Shown here: piece after piece, positions 36,450-43,918 of the stretch
Layout of the letters: every line of letters starts with the position of its first letter
Numbering within the stretch: position 1 is the stretch's first letter
From: a virus
Taxonomy: Duplodnaviria; Caudoviricetes
Length of the DNA stretch: 51,453 nucleotides
IMG/VR virus record: IMGVR_UViG_3300032236_000307
Location: 1 to 51,453 of that record
Strand: one strand, 5' to 3'
The notes under the pieces: generated by a model
Told to the model about the DNA's origin: nothing
The model's input: the letters and a program-made list of their open reading frames with translations, nothing else
Databases searched by the model: none
Translations under genes and position numbers: made by a program

Positions 36450-36450
36450 T

Positions 36451-37239
36451 TCAAACTCCAAAGTTGTTTTTCAATTTCCAAAAGCGCAAGAGACATTGAA
36501 ACATCTCCCAGCCCTTGACCAGTTCTTCCTCAGACCATTCCACAACCTTCACGAGGCCGGGGTGGGTGCGAGAAACAAACACGTTTGCACAGCGTGCATG
36601 AGGCACTCCAAGGCCGTGGCGATAGGCCGCGAGTTGAAGCAGATGTTCGTCATAGGCTTCCACCTTGTCGTCGGGGCCAAAGTCCTTCGACTTAGCATCC
36701 AACACAATGCCCACGGGCGCGTGCTCGTCAGCCGCGCAGTACAAGTCCACCTTGCCACCAAAGCCCAGCGCACTGGCAAACGACCGCTCGACCAACCAAG
36801 GCTGGAATGGGTGTGTTTTGAAGTGGTTGAAGATTGACTCTTCAAAGGCTTTGGCGATGTCCTTGTGCTCGACATCCTTCTTGCCGCCGAACCATGCCTC
36901 AATGGACTCGTGGATGCGCGTGCCACGCTCTGCGGCGGACTTGGCGGTCTCCTTGGAGTCGAACACGATCCGGGCGATGAAGTCCTTCTCAGACTCGCCG
37001 GGGTCGCGCGGCAGGGTCAGGGCGGCGAGAAGCATTTGCTCCTGCTTCCAAGCCTCCAGACCGGGCTTTGCGGCGATTTTGAGGACGGTGGTGACCGAAG
37101 GCACCAGATCCATCTTGCGTGCGTCCCTGAGGGTTGTAGGACGGTCGGAACCGTCCTTGGCCTTCACGGTGTACTGCGGCGCTCCGTCTTGTTGATACCA
37201 ATGAACCGACTCAGCGGCTCGTGCAATGATTGTGGTCAT
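36451..37239 (-). CDS. PD-(D/E)XK exonuclease (Cas4/RecB-like)
   Basis: PSVTTVL, AAERGTRIH, GGKVDL, LDAKS, QLAAY. Confidence 0.85.
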   Translation of the reverse strand: MTTIIARAAESVHWYQQDGAPQYTVKAKDGSDRPTTLRDARKMDLVPSVTTVLKIAAKPGLEAWKQEQMLLAALTLPRDPGESEKDFIARIVFDSKETAKSAAERGTRIHESIEAWFGGKKDVEHKDIAKAFEESIFNHFKTHPFQPWLVERSFASALGFGGKVDLYCAADEHAPVGIVLDAKSKDFGPDDKVEAYDEHLLQLAAYRHGLGVPHARCANVFVSRTHPGLVKVVEWSEEELVKGWEMFQCLLRFWKLKNNFGV

Positions 37240-37721
37240 TTTTTCTTTCCTCGTGGTTTGCGGTTAGCCAAGATTTTTTTACCTTCTGGTGTTTGAGTCC
37301 AATGCGGCTTTTTGTGAACCTCAACAATAGGAGGGCTTGTTTTCCAGAGTCCAGAACGTCTCATTGCTTCAACTTGAGTTGGATTCAATGTGAATGTTTT
37401 GGGCTTTTTTTCTTCAGCAGGCTCTTTGTATTCCATCCAATCATCAGCCAGCATGTCTGATTGGGACGCTAACCAACCGGGCAAGTAGGCTTGACGACCT
37501 TCCGAGTTGACTGTCCACATATCAATGTGCGGCAAAATTTCCAAATGATCCAAACCACGGCGCTTCAAGAACTCGGCGTTGATAGGGCCGTTGGGTTTTA
37601 CTTTGTCAGCTTCAACAAGGTAGCCGCCAGCACGAATTAAAAACATGCCCTTGCCATTCCACCCTTGACGAGTGACTGGATAACCTGCATTCAATAAAGT
37701 AATTGCTTCTCCAAATTTCAT
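37236..37721 (-). CDS. DUF2829 / Tad2-like protein with C-terminal extension
   Basis: MKFGEAI..VTRQGWNGKGMFL...PGWLASQSDMLADDW signature. Confidence 0.8.
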   Translation of the reverse strand: MKFGEAITLLNAGYPVTRQGWNGKGMFLIRAGGYLVEADKVKPNGPINAEFLKRRGLDHLEILPHIDMWTVNSEGRQAYLPGWLASQSDMLADDWMEYKEPAEEKKPKTFTLNPTQVEAMRRSGLWKTSPPIVEVHKKPHWTQTPEGKKILANRKPRGKKK

Positions 37722-37730
37722 TTTTACTCC

Positions 37731-37880
37731 TCAAGAAAACCAAAGAAAAAAGCCGTGGAATATTCCTATGGGGAAGAATATTGCGCCAGCAAGGAGGAAC
37801 CCCCAAGCGGCATGACCAAAGCAATAGAAGATGTGTGTGAGCCATGCAAAGAAGCAGGCCCATCCAATGACGTATCCCAT
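37731..37880 (-). CDS. Small hydrophobic membrane protein (49 aa, not in the ORF track)
   Basis: AGGAG RBS; MGYVIGWACFFAWLTHIFYCFGHAAWGFLLAGAIFFPIGIFHGFFLWFS. Confidence 0.65.
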   Translation of the reverse strand: MGYVIGWACFFAWLTHIFYCFGHAAWGFLLAGAIFFPIGIFHGFFLWFS

Positions 37881-37889
37881 GGTTGCTCC

Positions 37890-38177
37890 TTAGTATGGGA
37901 ATTTGGGCTTAGGTATGCACTGAACATCAATGACGATGTCTGACATCATTCCTGAGACCATGCGTTTAGAAAACACAGGTACAGCCCTCATACCATTGCT
38001 TTCGCAATCAATGGTGGCTTGTATAACCTCATTGCGGCTCATTTGCTGAACGCGAGAGTCCAGCACCAATTGAACTGGTGGAGGCCCTGCGTGCAAATAA
38101 GACGATGGCTGAGGCGGCGGAGGCGGTGCTGAGGCGCAACCCGCCAGCACCAGCGGGATCAAGAGTAGTGTTCTCAT
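37890..38177 (-). CDS. Lipoprotein
   Basis: LAGC lipobox, poly-Pro linker, MSRNEVI..C..C. Confidence 0.75.
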   Translation of the reverse strand: MRTLLLIPLVLAGCASAPPPPPQPSSYLHAGPPPVQLVLDSRVQQMSRNEVIQATIDCESNGMRAVPVFSKRMVSGMMSDIVIDVQCIPKPKFPY

Positions 38178-38179
38178 GA

Positions 38180-38830
38180 TCAGAAGGGGATATCGTCATC
38201 CATGTCGTCAAAGGCAGGCTTGGCGGCTGGTGCAAACACAGGCGCTGGTGCTTTGCCTTGCAATCGTTGCCATTCAGGCGACTGCATGATCTTTCCCTTG
38301 AGCTTTTCGTGGAAGGTTTCAAACATTGCCATGTCGGGCTTGTCGAGTTGAAAGATTTCATCCGGGTTGACCGCCGCAGGCAGGCCACTCTTTTTCATCA
38401 CCGACGGAACAGGAGTCACGCCTTTGACGTTGATGTAAGTCTTACCGTCGTTGCCTGTGCTCTCAATCAGGTTCAACATGCACCATGCACCCAACACAGT
38501 CTTCAGATCGAAGCGACGCATCTCTTCTTCGGTGAATGGCTTGCCTCGCCATGACTGAAGATCAATACGCAGGTTGGCCTTCGATGACCATGACAGCGTG
38601 TAGTTTTGGAAAGCGCCAAACGGACGACCATCCTTCATGCGAAGCGGATTGCCTTCGTCATCAGAACCGTGGATTTCCCAGTAGATGGCGATCTGGTGCA
38701 ACAGCTTGGCAACGCCTTTGAATTCCTTCTTCTGGGTGCCAAGGTCAATGATTCGGTAGCACCGCGCGAGGTGCATACCGGGTGGGCAACGCTCGAAGTC
38801 TCCACCCTTGTCTTCAACGATAAAACTCAT
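38180..38830 (-). CDS. Single-stranded DNA-binding / recombination protein (SSB-like)
   Basis: AGGAG RBS before ATG 38830; ARCYRIIDLGTQ; acidic tail ending DDDIPF. Confidence 0.7.
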   Translation of the reverse strand: MSFIVEDKGGDFERCPPGMHLARCYRIIDLGTQKKEFKGVAKLLHQIAIYWEIHGSDDEGNPLRMKDGRPFGAFQNYTLSWSSKANLRIDLQSWRGKPFTEEEMRRFDLKTVLGAWCMLNLIESTGNDGKTYINVKGVTPVPSVMKKSGLPAAVNPDEIFQLDKPDMAMFETFHEKLKGKIMQSPEWQRLQGKAPAPVFAPAAKPAFDDMDDDIPF

Positions 38831-38889
38831 GATTTCTCCTGTTAAAAAGTCCCGTAGGACACTCACACGATCAACTTGATCGCAGGAAG

Positions 38890-38922
38890 ACTATAACACG
38901 GAATTAGATAATGTGTTAGACT
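38890..38922. promoter_or_regulatory. Overlapping divergent promoters (19-bp TCTAA-N4-GTGTTA(T/G)A(G/C)T motif)
   Basis: Minus-strand TCTAATTCCGTGTTATAGT (38890-38908) and plus-strand GTGTTAGACT (38913-38922) between divergent operons. Confidence 0.65.
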
Positions 38923-38943
38923 CTTTCACAGAAAGGAGGATGC

Positions 38944-39144
38944 ATGAACCTGAAGCAATATTTCAAAGACGAGCCCTACGGGGCGAAGAAGGAAATGGCT
39001 GATCACCTTGGCATCACGCCGACATGGCTTGGTTTGCTAATCAGAAAAGCCAGACGGCCTTCACCTGAATTGGCGAAGAAGATTGAAAAAGCAACCGAAG
39101 GTCTTGTGAGCGCCAGAGAGTTGCGACCAGATTTGTTTGATTGA
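38944..39144 (+). CDS. Cro/YdaS-like HTH transcriptional regulator
   Basis: AGGAGG RBS; MADHLGITPTWL..RRPSPELAKKIEKATEGLVS..ELRPD. Confidence 0.85.
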   Translation: MNLKQYFKDEPYGAKKEMADHLGITPTWLGLLIRKARRPSPELAKKIEKATEGLVSARELRPDLFD

Positions 39145-39174
39145 CCCGATGTTGGGTTTTTTACAGGAGAGAAG

Positions 39175-39960
39175 ATGAAAAAAGTAAAGCTAGATGCCAT
39201 CAGACTCGATGGCGGGACTCAGTGCCGAGTAGTGATTGACCAACCCACGGTCTATGCCTACTTGGAGGCCATGAAAGAAGGCGATGAATTCCCACCATTG
39301 GAGACGGTGTTTGATGGCTCAACGCATTGGCTGACAGATGGGTTCCACCGTTGGCATGCGTACAAACTGTTGGGCATCAAAGAGCTTGAGGTGAAGTACA
39401 AGCCCGGCACCTTGCAGGACGCGCAAATCGAAGCATTGAAGGCCAATTCCAAACATGGCAAGACGCTGACCAATGAAGACAAGCGCAACAAGGTCGAGAT
39501 GGCTTTGAGCATTGATGGCTTTGACATGAGGTCGGACTACGAGATTGCCAAGCTGTGCGGGGTGTCACAACCCTTTGTGGCCTCAATCCGCAACCCGGAG
39601 AAGAAGGAAAAGCAAGCCGCCCAGCGAGCTAAGAGCAGTGCCAAGAAGTCTGAGGAGTTAAGTGTTACTAATCAGATTAGTAGTGAAAATACAACAGCTA
39701 ATCCTGATGCCGGGGCTGTTCCTGATGAGGCGGAGATGCAGGCCGCAGAGCGAGCCATGCAAGCCGACATGGATGCCATGTACAAGCTGTTGGAGTCCGA
39801 CGACGCATTGCAAACTGCGCACGAGGAGATCAAGCGGTTGAACTACTTGGTGGCTCAACAAGAAACCCGTATTCATGGGCTCATGAATGAACGTAATACA
39901 GCAGTGACCATGCTGAAGAAACTCCAAAAAGAAAACGATAAATTAAAGGCCAAAAAATGA
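39175..39960 (+). CDS. parB: ParB-like protein (ParB/Srx N-domain, HTH, C-terminal coiled coil)
   Basis: FPPL..LTDGFHRWHA, ANSKHG, SDYEIAKLCGVSQPFVASIR HTH, heptad C-terminus. Confidence 0.75.
   Translation: MKKVKLDAIRLDGGTQCRVVIDQPTVYAYLEAMKEGDEFPPLETVFDGSTHWLTDGFHRWHAYKLLGIKELEVKYKPGTLQDAQIEALKANSKHGKTLTNEDKRNKVEMALSIDGFDMRSDYEIAKLCGVSQPFVASIRNPEKKEKQAAQRAKSSAKKSEELSVTNQISSENTTANPDAGAVPDEAEMQAAERAMQADMDAMYKLLESDDALQTAHEEIKRLNYLVAQQETRIHGLMNERNTAVTMLKKLQKENDKLKAKK
39666..39682. promoter_or_regulatory. 17-bp palindrome TACTAATC-A-GATTAGTA (copy 3, inside the parB-like gene)
   Basis: Perfect inverted repeat. Confidence 0.7.
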
Positions 39961-41486
39961 CTGATACCCTAGCGCCAAGTGGGCGTAATGATGGAGCAAG
40001 ATTCCCCGATCCAAGACCCTTCCAAGTGACTGCACACAACGAGTTGCGCCAAGGGTTCAGGGACGGGCATAAAAACCAATTGATCATGGCCCCTACGGGG
40101 GCCGGGAAGACCTACCTTGGCCTGCGGATCTGCAACGAAGCAATCCAAAAGGGCAAGCGTGCGGTCTTCCTATGTGATCGCACCACCCTGATCAACCAAA
40201 CCTCTGCTGTGGCTGATAAGTACGGCATGAGGAATCACGGCATCATTCAAGCCAACCACTGGCGGCGCAGGCCAGAGGAGTTGTTGCAGATTGCCAGCGT
40301 GCAGACCATCGCCAAACGCGAGTTCTGGCCTCAGATGGACGTGCTGGTGGTCGATGAGGCCCACACCACCTACAAGGCGTGGACAGAGTTTGCTCAGGCC
40401 ACCGGTGCCACTGTGATTGGCCTGTCAGCCACACCGTTCACCACCGGGCTGGGCAAGATATTCAGCAACCTCGTAAACGCCACCACGATGCACGATTTGA
40501 CCGTGGACGGGGTACTGGTGCCCATGCGCATTTTTTCCTGCCAGAAGCCCGATATGACCGGCGCTGAGACCAAAGGCGGTGAGTGGACAGATAAGGCGGC
40601 GGAGGAGCGCGAACTCAAGATTGTGGGTGACGTAGTCAACGACTGGATCCGGTTCGGCGACAACCGCAAAACGATTGTGTTCGGAGCCACCATCAAACAC
40701 TGTGAAGAATTGTGTCGGCAATTTATTACACAGGGCCACATGGCGGCTGTGTTCACGTCGGAGACCACCGCAAAGGAGCGGGAAGACCTACTGAACGAGT
40801 ACCGCAAGCCTGACAGCCACCTGAAGATTTTGATCAGCGTGGAGGCGCTTGCAAAGGGTTTTGACGTGCCTGATGTAGGTTGTATCTGTGACGCGCGACC
40901 ATTGCGCAAATCGCTGTCCACCGCGATCCAGATGTGGGGCCGGGGCCTGCGGTCGTCACCCGACACCGGCAAGAAGGATTGTCACCTGCTGGATTTCAGC
41001 GGCAACATCATTCGGTTCTTTGAGGACTTCAACGACATCTACTTCAACGGTTTGGCGAAGCTGGATGACGGCGACAAGCTGGACAAGAAAATCCGCACCG
41101 CTGAGGAGTTCGAGGCCAAGGGTTGCCCCAAGTGTGGCTACAAGCCGTTCCACAAGCGGTGCATGGCCTGCGGGTACGAGAAGGTCAGCCGCATGATTGA
41201 CGATGCGGTGCCGGGCCACATGAAGGAGATATTCATTGGCGAAGGCAAGAACAAGAAAAAGCTGGCGGACAACGCCGAGCACCTGTGGCACCAAGTCGTG
41301 ACCTATGCACGCATGCACAGCAAGCCTGAGACTCAGCAGGGCCGTGCCTATCACCTGTTCAAGAAGATCACCGGGCAGGATCCCATGTGGCGCTTCACCA
41401 CTGCGCCCAACGTGGAGATCGGTCGCAACGTGATCAACAAGATCACACAGATGAACATGGCGTGGAAGAAGGGGATGGGCAAATGA
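39957..41486 (+). CDS. Superfamily 2 DEAH helicase with C-terminal Zn ribbon
   Basis: APTGAGKT, DEAH, GLSATP, KGFDVP, QMWGRGLR, CPKC..CMAC. Confidence 0.92.
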   Translation: MTDTLAPSGRNDGARFPDPRPFQVTAHNELRQGFRDGHKNQLIMAPTGAGKTYLGLRICNEAIQKGKRAVFLCDRTTLINQTSAVADKYGMRNHGIIQANHWRRRPEELLQIASVQTIAKREFWPQMDVLVVDEAHTTYKAWTEFAQATGATVIGLSATPFTTGLGKIFSNLVNATTMHDLTVDGVLVPMRIFSCQKPDMTGAETKGGEWTDKAAEERELKIVGDVVNDWIRFGDNRKTIVFGATIKHCEELCRQFITQGHMAAVFTSETTAKEREDLLNEYRKPDSHLKILISVEALAKGFDVPDVGCICDARPLRKSLSTAIQMWGRGLRSSPDTGKKDCHLLDFSGNIIRFFEDFNDIYFNGLAKLDDGDKLDKKIRTAEEFEAKGCPKCGYKPFHKRCMACGYEKVSRMIDDAVPGHMKEIFIGEGKNKKKLADNAEHLWHQVVTYARMHSKPETQQGRAYHLFKKITGQDPMWRFTTAPNVEIGRNVINKITQMNMAWKKGMGK

Positions 41487-42349
41487 GTTTCATTGACTTT
41501 GCACGAGCACACGGCGTGGAGATCGACCACGCCAAACTGTATGCATCAGATCGCATCAAGCGCACTGGTACCGTTGCCAAACCCAAGTCGGACAATGGTG
41601 CCTACTTCTGGGACGGTCAGCGTGGCTGGATCATGGATTGGTCGGGAGAGGCAAAAGTGATTTGGTACAACGACCCATCGGCACGACCATGGAGCGACGA
41701 GGAGAAACGTGCATGGGCGGCAAAGCGCCAAGCCCAGCAGACCGATCAACAGCACAGGTACGAGCAGGTGGCCTTGCAGGCCGATATCACTCTGCGGTCA
41801 GCCAAGACCATGACCCACAGCTATTTGCAGATCAAGGGCTTCAAGGATCTTGAAGGGCTGGTGCTGGACGATAAACTGCTGATCCCGATGCGCAACGTGG
41901 TGACCAACAGGTTGCAGGGCTACCAGCAGATCTACTGGGACGCTGAGAGCCGCAAGCATGAGAAGAAGATGCTGACAGGTATGCGTGCCAAGAATGCCGT
42001 CTTCTACCTTGGTCAGAGGGGCTTGGAGGAGGCTTGGCTGGTCGAAGGGTATGCCACTGGCCTGAGCGTCCTCCATGCCCTCAGAAGCTGTGGATTGAAG
42101 GCATCGGTGGTGGTGTGTTTTAGCGCAGGCAACATGGTGGCTGTTGCGGATCAGATACAGGGCAAGAAGTTTGTTTTTGCTGACAACGATGCCAGCCAGA
42201 CAGGAGAAAAATCGGCAATAAGTACGGGCTTGCCTTGGACGATGGCTGAAACTGTGGGCTGGGATGCCAATGATTTGCACATAAAGCAAGGCTTGTTTGC
42301 AGTGGTGAAAAAAATTATGGAGTGCCGAAATTCAGTGATATATTCCTGA
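41483..42349 (+). CDS. DNA primase (TOPRIM domain)
   Basis: LLIPMRN, EGYATG, FSAGN, ADND, DAND; ATG 41483 overlaps the helicase stop. Confidence 0.85.
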   Translation: MSFIDFARAHGVEIDHAKLYASDRIKRTGTVAKPKSDNGAYFWDGQRGWIMDWSGEAKVIWYNDPSARPWSDEEKRAWAAKRQAQQTDQQHRYEQVALQADITLRSAKTMTHSYLQIKGFKDLEGLVLDDKLLIPMRNVVTNRLQGYQQIYWDAESRKHEKKMLTGMRAKNAVFYLGQRGLEEAWLVEGYATGLSVLHALRSCGLKASVVVCFSAGNMVAVADQIQGKKFVFADNDASQTGEKSAISTGLPWTMAETVGWDANDLHIKQGLFAVVKKIMECRNSVIYS

Positions 42350-42351
42350 TC

Positions 42352-42448
42352 CTGTTTGCGATGTGTGAAGCGGGTTAGCGCCGCTTGTATTGGACTTCTT
42401 ATTCCTTATGTGCACAAACACTGCTTTATGTGAGCACATCGCAAACAG
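42352..42448 (+). ncRNA. Structured ncRNA candidate (14-bp closing stem)
   Basis: CTGTTTGCGATGTG (42352-65) is the exact reverse complement of CACATCGCAAACAG (42435-48); inner AAGCGG-GTTAGCG-CCGCTT hairpin; TGnTATATT just upstream. Confidence 0.6.
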
Positions 42449-43090
42449 CCAACAAGTGTGTGGATTGGCAGGTACGAAGCCGGTCAAGTGGCCTCTGAAA
42501 GTTCGGTGTCTTGCAAGCCAGCCGACTTTAAGCTATTCATCCCGGTGCTCTGCATGGGTCGCGCCCATAACAGTCCACACTCTTGTTGGTGAAAGCACAG
42601 ACTGATGTGCGACATGTTTGGTTGCTCTTGCATGATTGGACGAGGCGCTGACCGTGGGCGGATATGAACAGACACGGAAGCCGGAGGTGGTCTAGAACGC
42701 CAAAGGATTGCCAAGCTGGAGATCAGTACCAGCCACCAACAGCTAACACGCATGGGGATTGAAGCAAATCTGGGCGGATCGTCAGCCGCACCAATGAGCT
42801 ACAACCTGACGGATCAGTCCCCAGTCGTGTTGGTGAAAGCGGATGCCTTGTACCAGTGTCGAATACGTTCAAGGACGTAGCGAGTAGCCAACAACCTACA
42901 CGCATGGGGATTGCAACGGCAGAGTTTGGTTCTGATGCATCCCGTGGGGTTAAGTGAAGTCCCCGCAGTCCCCAGCCGTGTTGGTGAAAGCTCAGTGACC
43001 CTGAGTAGCGAACGAAAGTGACCGAGGCGATCAGGAAAGGTAAAGAATATCTGCTATCAGAGCCTTGATGCAGACGCACAGACACCAACA
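42449..43090 (+). ncRNA. Array of alternating hairpin cassettes (constant stems, variable inserts)
   Basis: TGTTGGTGAAAGC x3 (42584, 42828, 42979), CCAACA x4, ACACGCATGGGGATTG x2 pairing with CAGTCCCCAGYCGTGT x2; no credible ORF. Confidence 0.65.
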
Positions 43091-43097
43091 ACCCTTT

Positions 43098-43172
43098 AGC
43101 GGGGTGGAGAAGGAGTATCTCGACTGGCTCATAACCAGTAGGTCGTCAGTGCGAATCTGGCCCCCGCTACCA
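43098..43172 (+). tRNA. trnM: tRNA-Met (CAT), atypical
   Basis: AGCGGGG/CCCCGCT acceptor, ACTGG-CTCATAA-CCAGT anticodon arm, GTCAG-TGCGAAT-CTGGC T arm, encoded CCA. Confidence 0.8.
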
Positions 43173-43177
43173 AACAT

Positions 43178-43252
43178 TCCGAGATAGCACAGCGGTAGTG
43201 CAGTTGGCTGTTAACCAATTGGTCGGTGGTTCGATCCCACCTCTCGGAGCCA
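43178..43252 (+). tRNA. trnN: tRNA-Asn (GTT)
   Basis: TCCGAGA/TCTCGGA acceptor, GTTGG-CTGTTAA-CCAAT, GGTGG-TTCGATC-CCACC, G discriminator plus CCA. Confidence 0.93.
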
Positions 43253-43277
43253 AATGCGACACGGTGTCGCTTTTGAG

Positions 43278-43307
43278 TTGACATGTCGTGAGACCTGTTG
43301 ATAGAAT
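43278..43307 (+). promoter_or_regulatory. Sigma70 promoter
   Basis: TTGACA (43278-83), 18-nt spacer, TG-n-TAGAAT (-10 at 43302-07). Confidence 0.7.
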
Positions 43308-43323
43308 TTGAATCAAGTTGCAA

Positions 43324-43488
43324 GGTGTGGAAACCGAAGCAAGCAAAGCCGTTAAGTCAGATCCCGACCCCGACTGGGGTAGCGCGTCAGCCAAAAGCTG
43401 AGGTGTTTTTCCACCGGGGTCTGTCTTAACGGCTTTTTTGTTTTCCACTGCCCTGCCGTACTCCGCACGAAAGCAAGCACCCCAGTCG
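43324..43488 (+). ncRNA. C4/CI-like antisense RNA leader with cis target sites
   Basis: Long stem 43345-65/43416-36; internal TTTCCAC complementary to upstream GTGGAAA; CGACTGGGGT (43371-80) complementary to ACCCCAGTCG (43479-88). Confidence 0.5.
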
Positions 43489-43876
43489 TGGTGGCGCGGA
43501 AGGAAAGCGTACACGGTATGCAACCGTGGATTTGATGATGGTGATTGCCCGGACTGACGGGTATGACTTGTAGGCTGGATCGTTCTTTGGAATACGCAAG
43601 GTGGGGGCTTTGTTCCCCCTGAAAGTGCCAGCAAACCCAGAGTTCAGTACTGGGCACCATCATCAAGTTCATGGGCTAGGGGGCAGTTCCCGAATAATCC
43701 GTGCGGCTGGTCGAATCATCAAGCCGAGGGGTAGACGGTATCCAATCCGTCACATGATGATCCTGCTTGACAGGGGTGAAGCACCTTCCCTCTCTACTCC
43801 GGTTGGGGTAGGGGGGTCTTTGGGTGAAAGGAAAGGAAGAGGGGGGAGATGGGGGCAGGCCCCGCACCTGCCAGAC

Positions 43877-43895
43877 TCAAACCCCGTGTTAGACT
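43877..43895 (+). promoter_or_regulatory. Phage promoter motif variant
   Basis: TCAAACCCCGTGTTAGACT, 23 nt before ATG 43919. Confidence 0.55.
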
Positions 43896-43918
43896 TTAAC
43901 CAAACAACTGGAGAACCC

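Noticed and set aside
42584-42741. Hammerhead ribozyme (CTGATG and GAAA present)
   Set aside because: The core would need CUGANGA (here CTGATGT), and I could not build the three stems around it.
42921-42935. Resemblance of AGAGTTTGGTTCTG to the 16S rRNA 5' end
   Set aside because: Short, imperfect and not extendable; likely chance.
42449-43090. CRISPR array
   Set aside because: Repeats are short, alternating and mutually inverted, spacers range from 47 to 137 nt, and no cas operon is present (the PD-(D/E)XK gene is a typical phage exonuclease).
43601-43918. N-terminal extension of the 317-aa ORF
   Set aside because: The RBS and promoter motif point to ATG 43919, and the extension has atypical composition.
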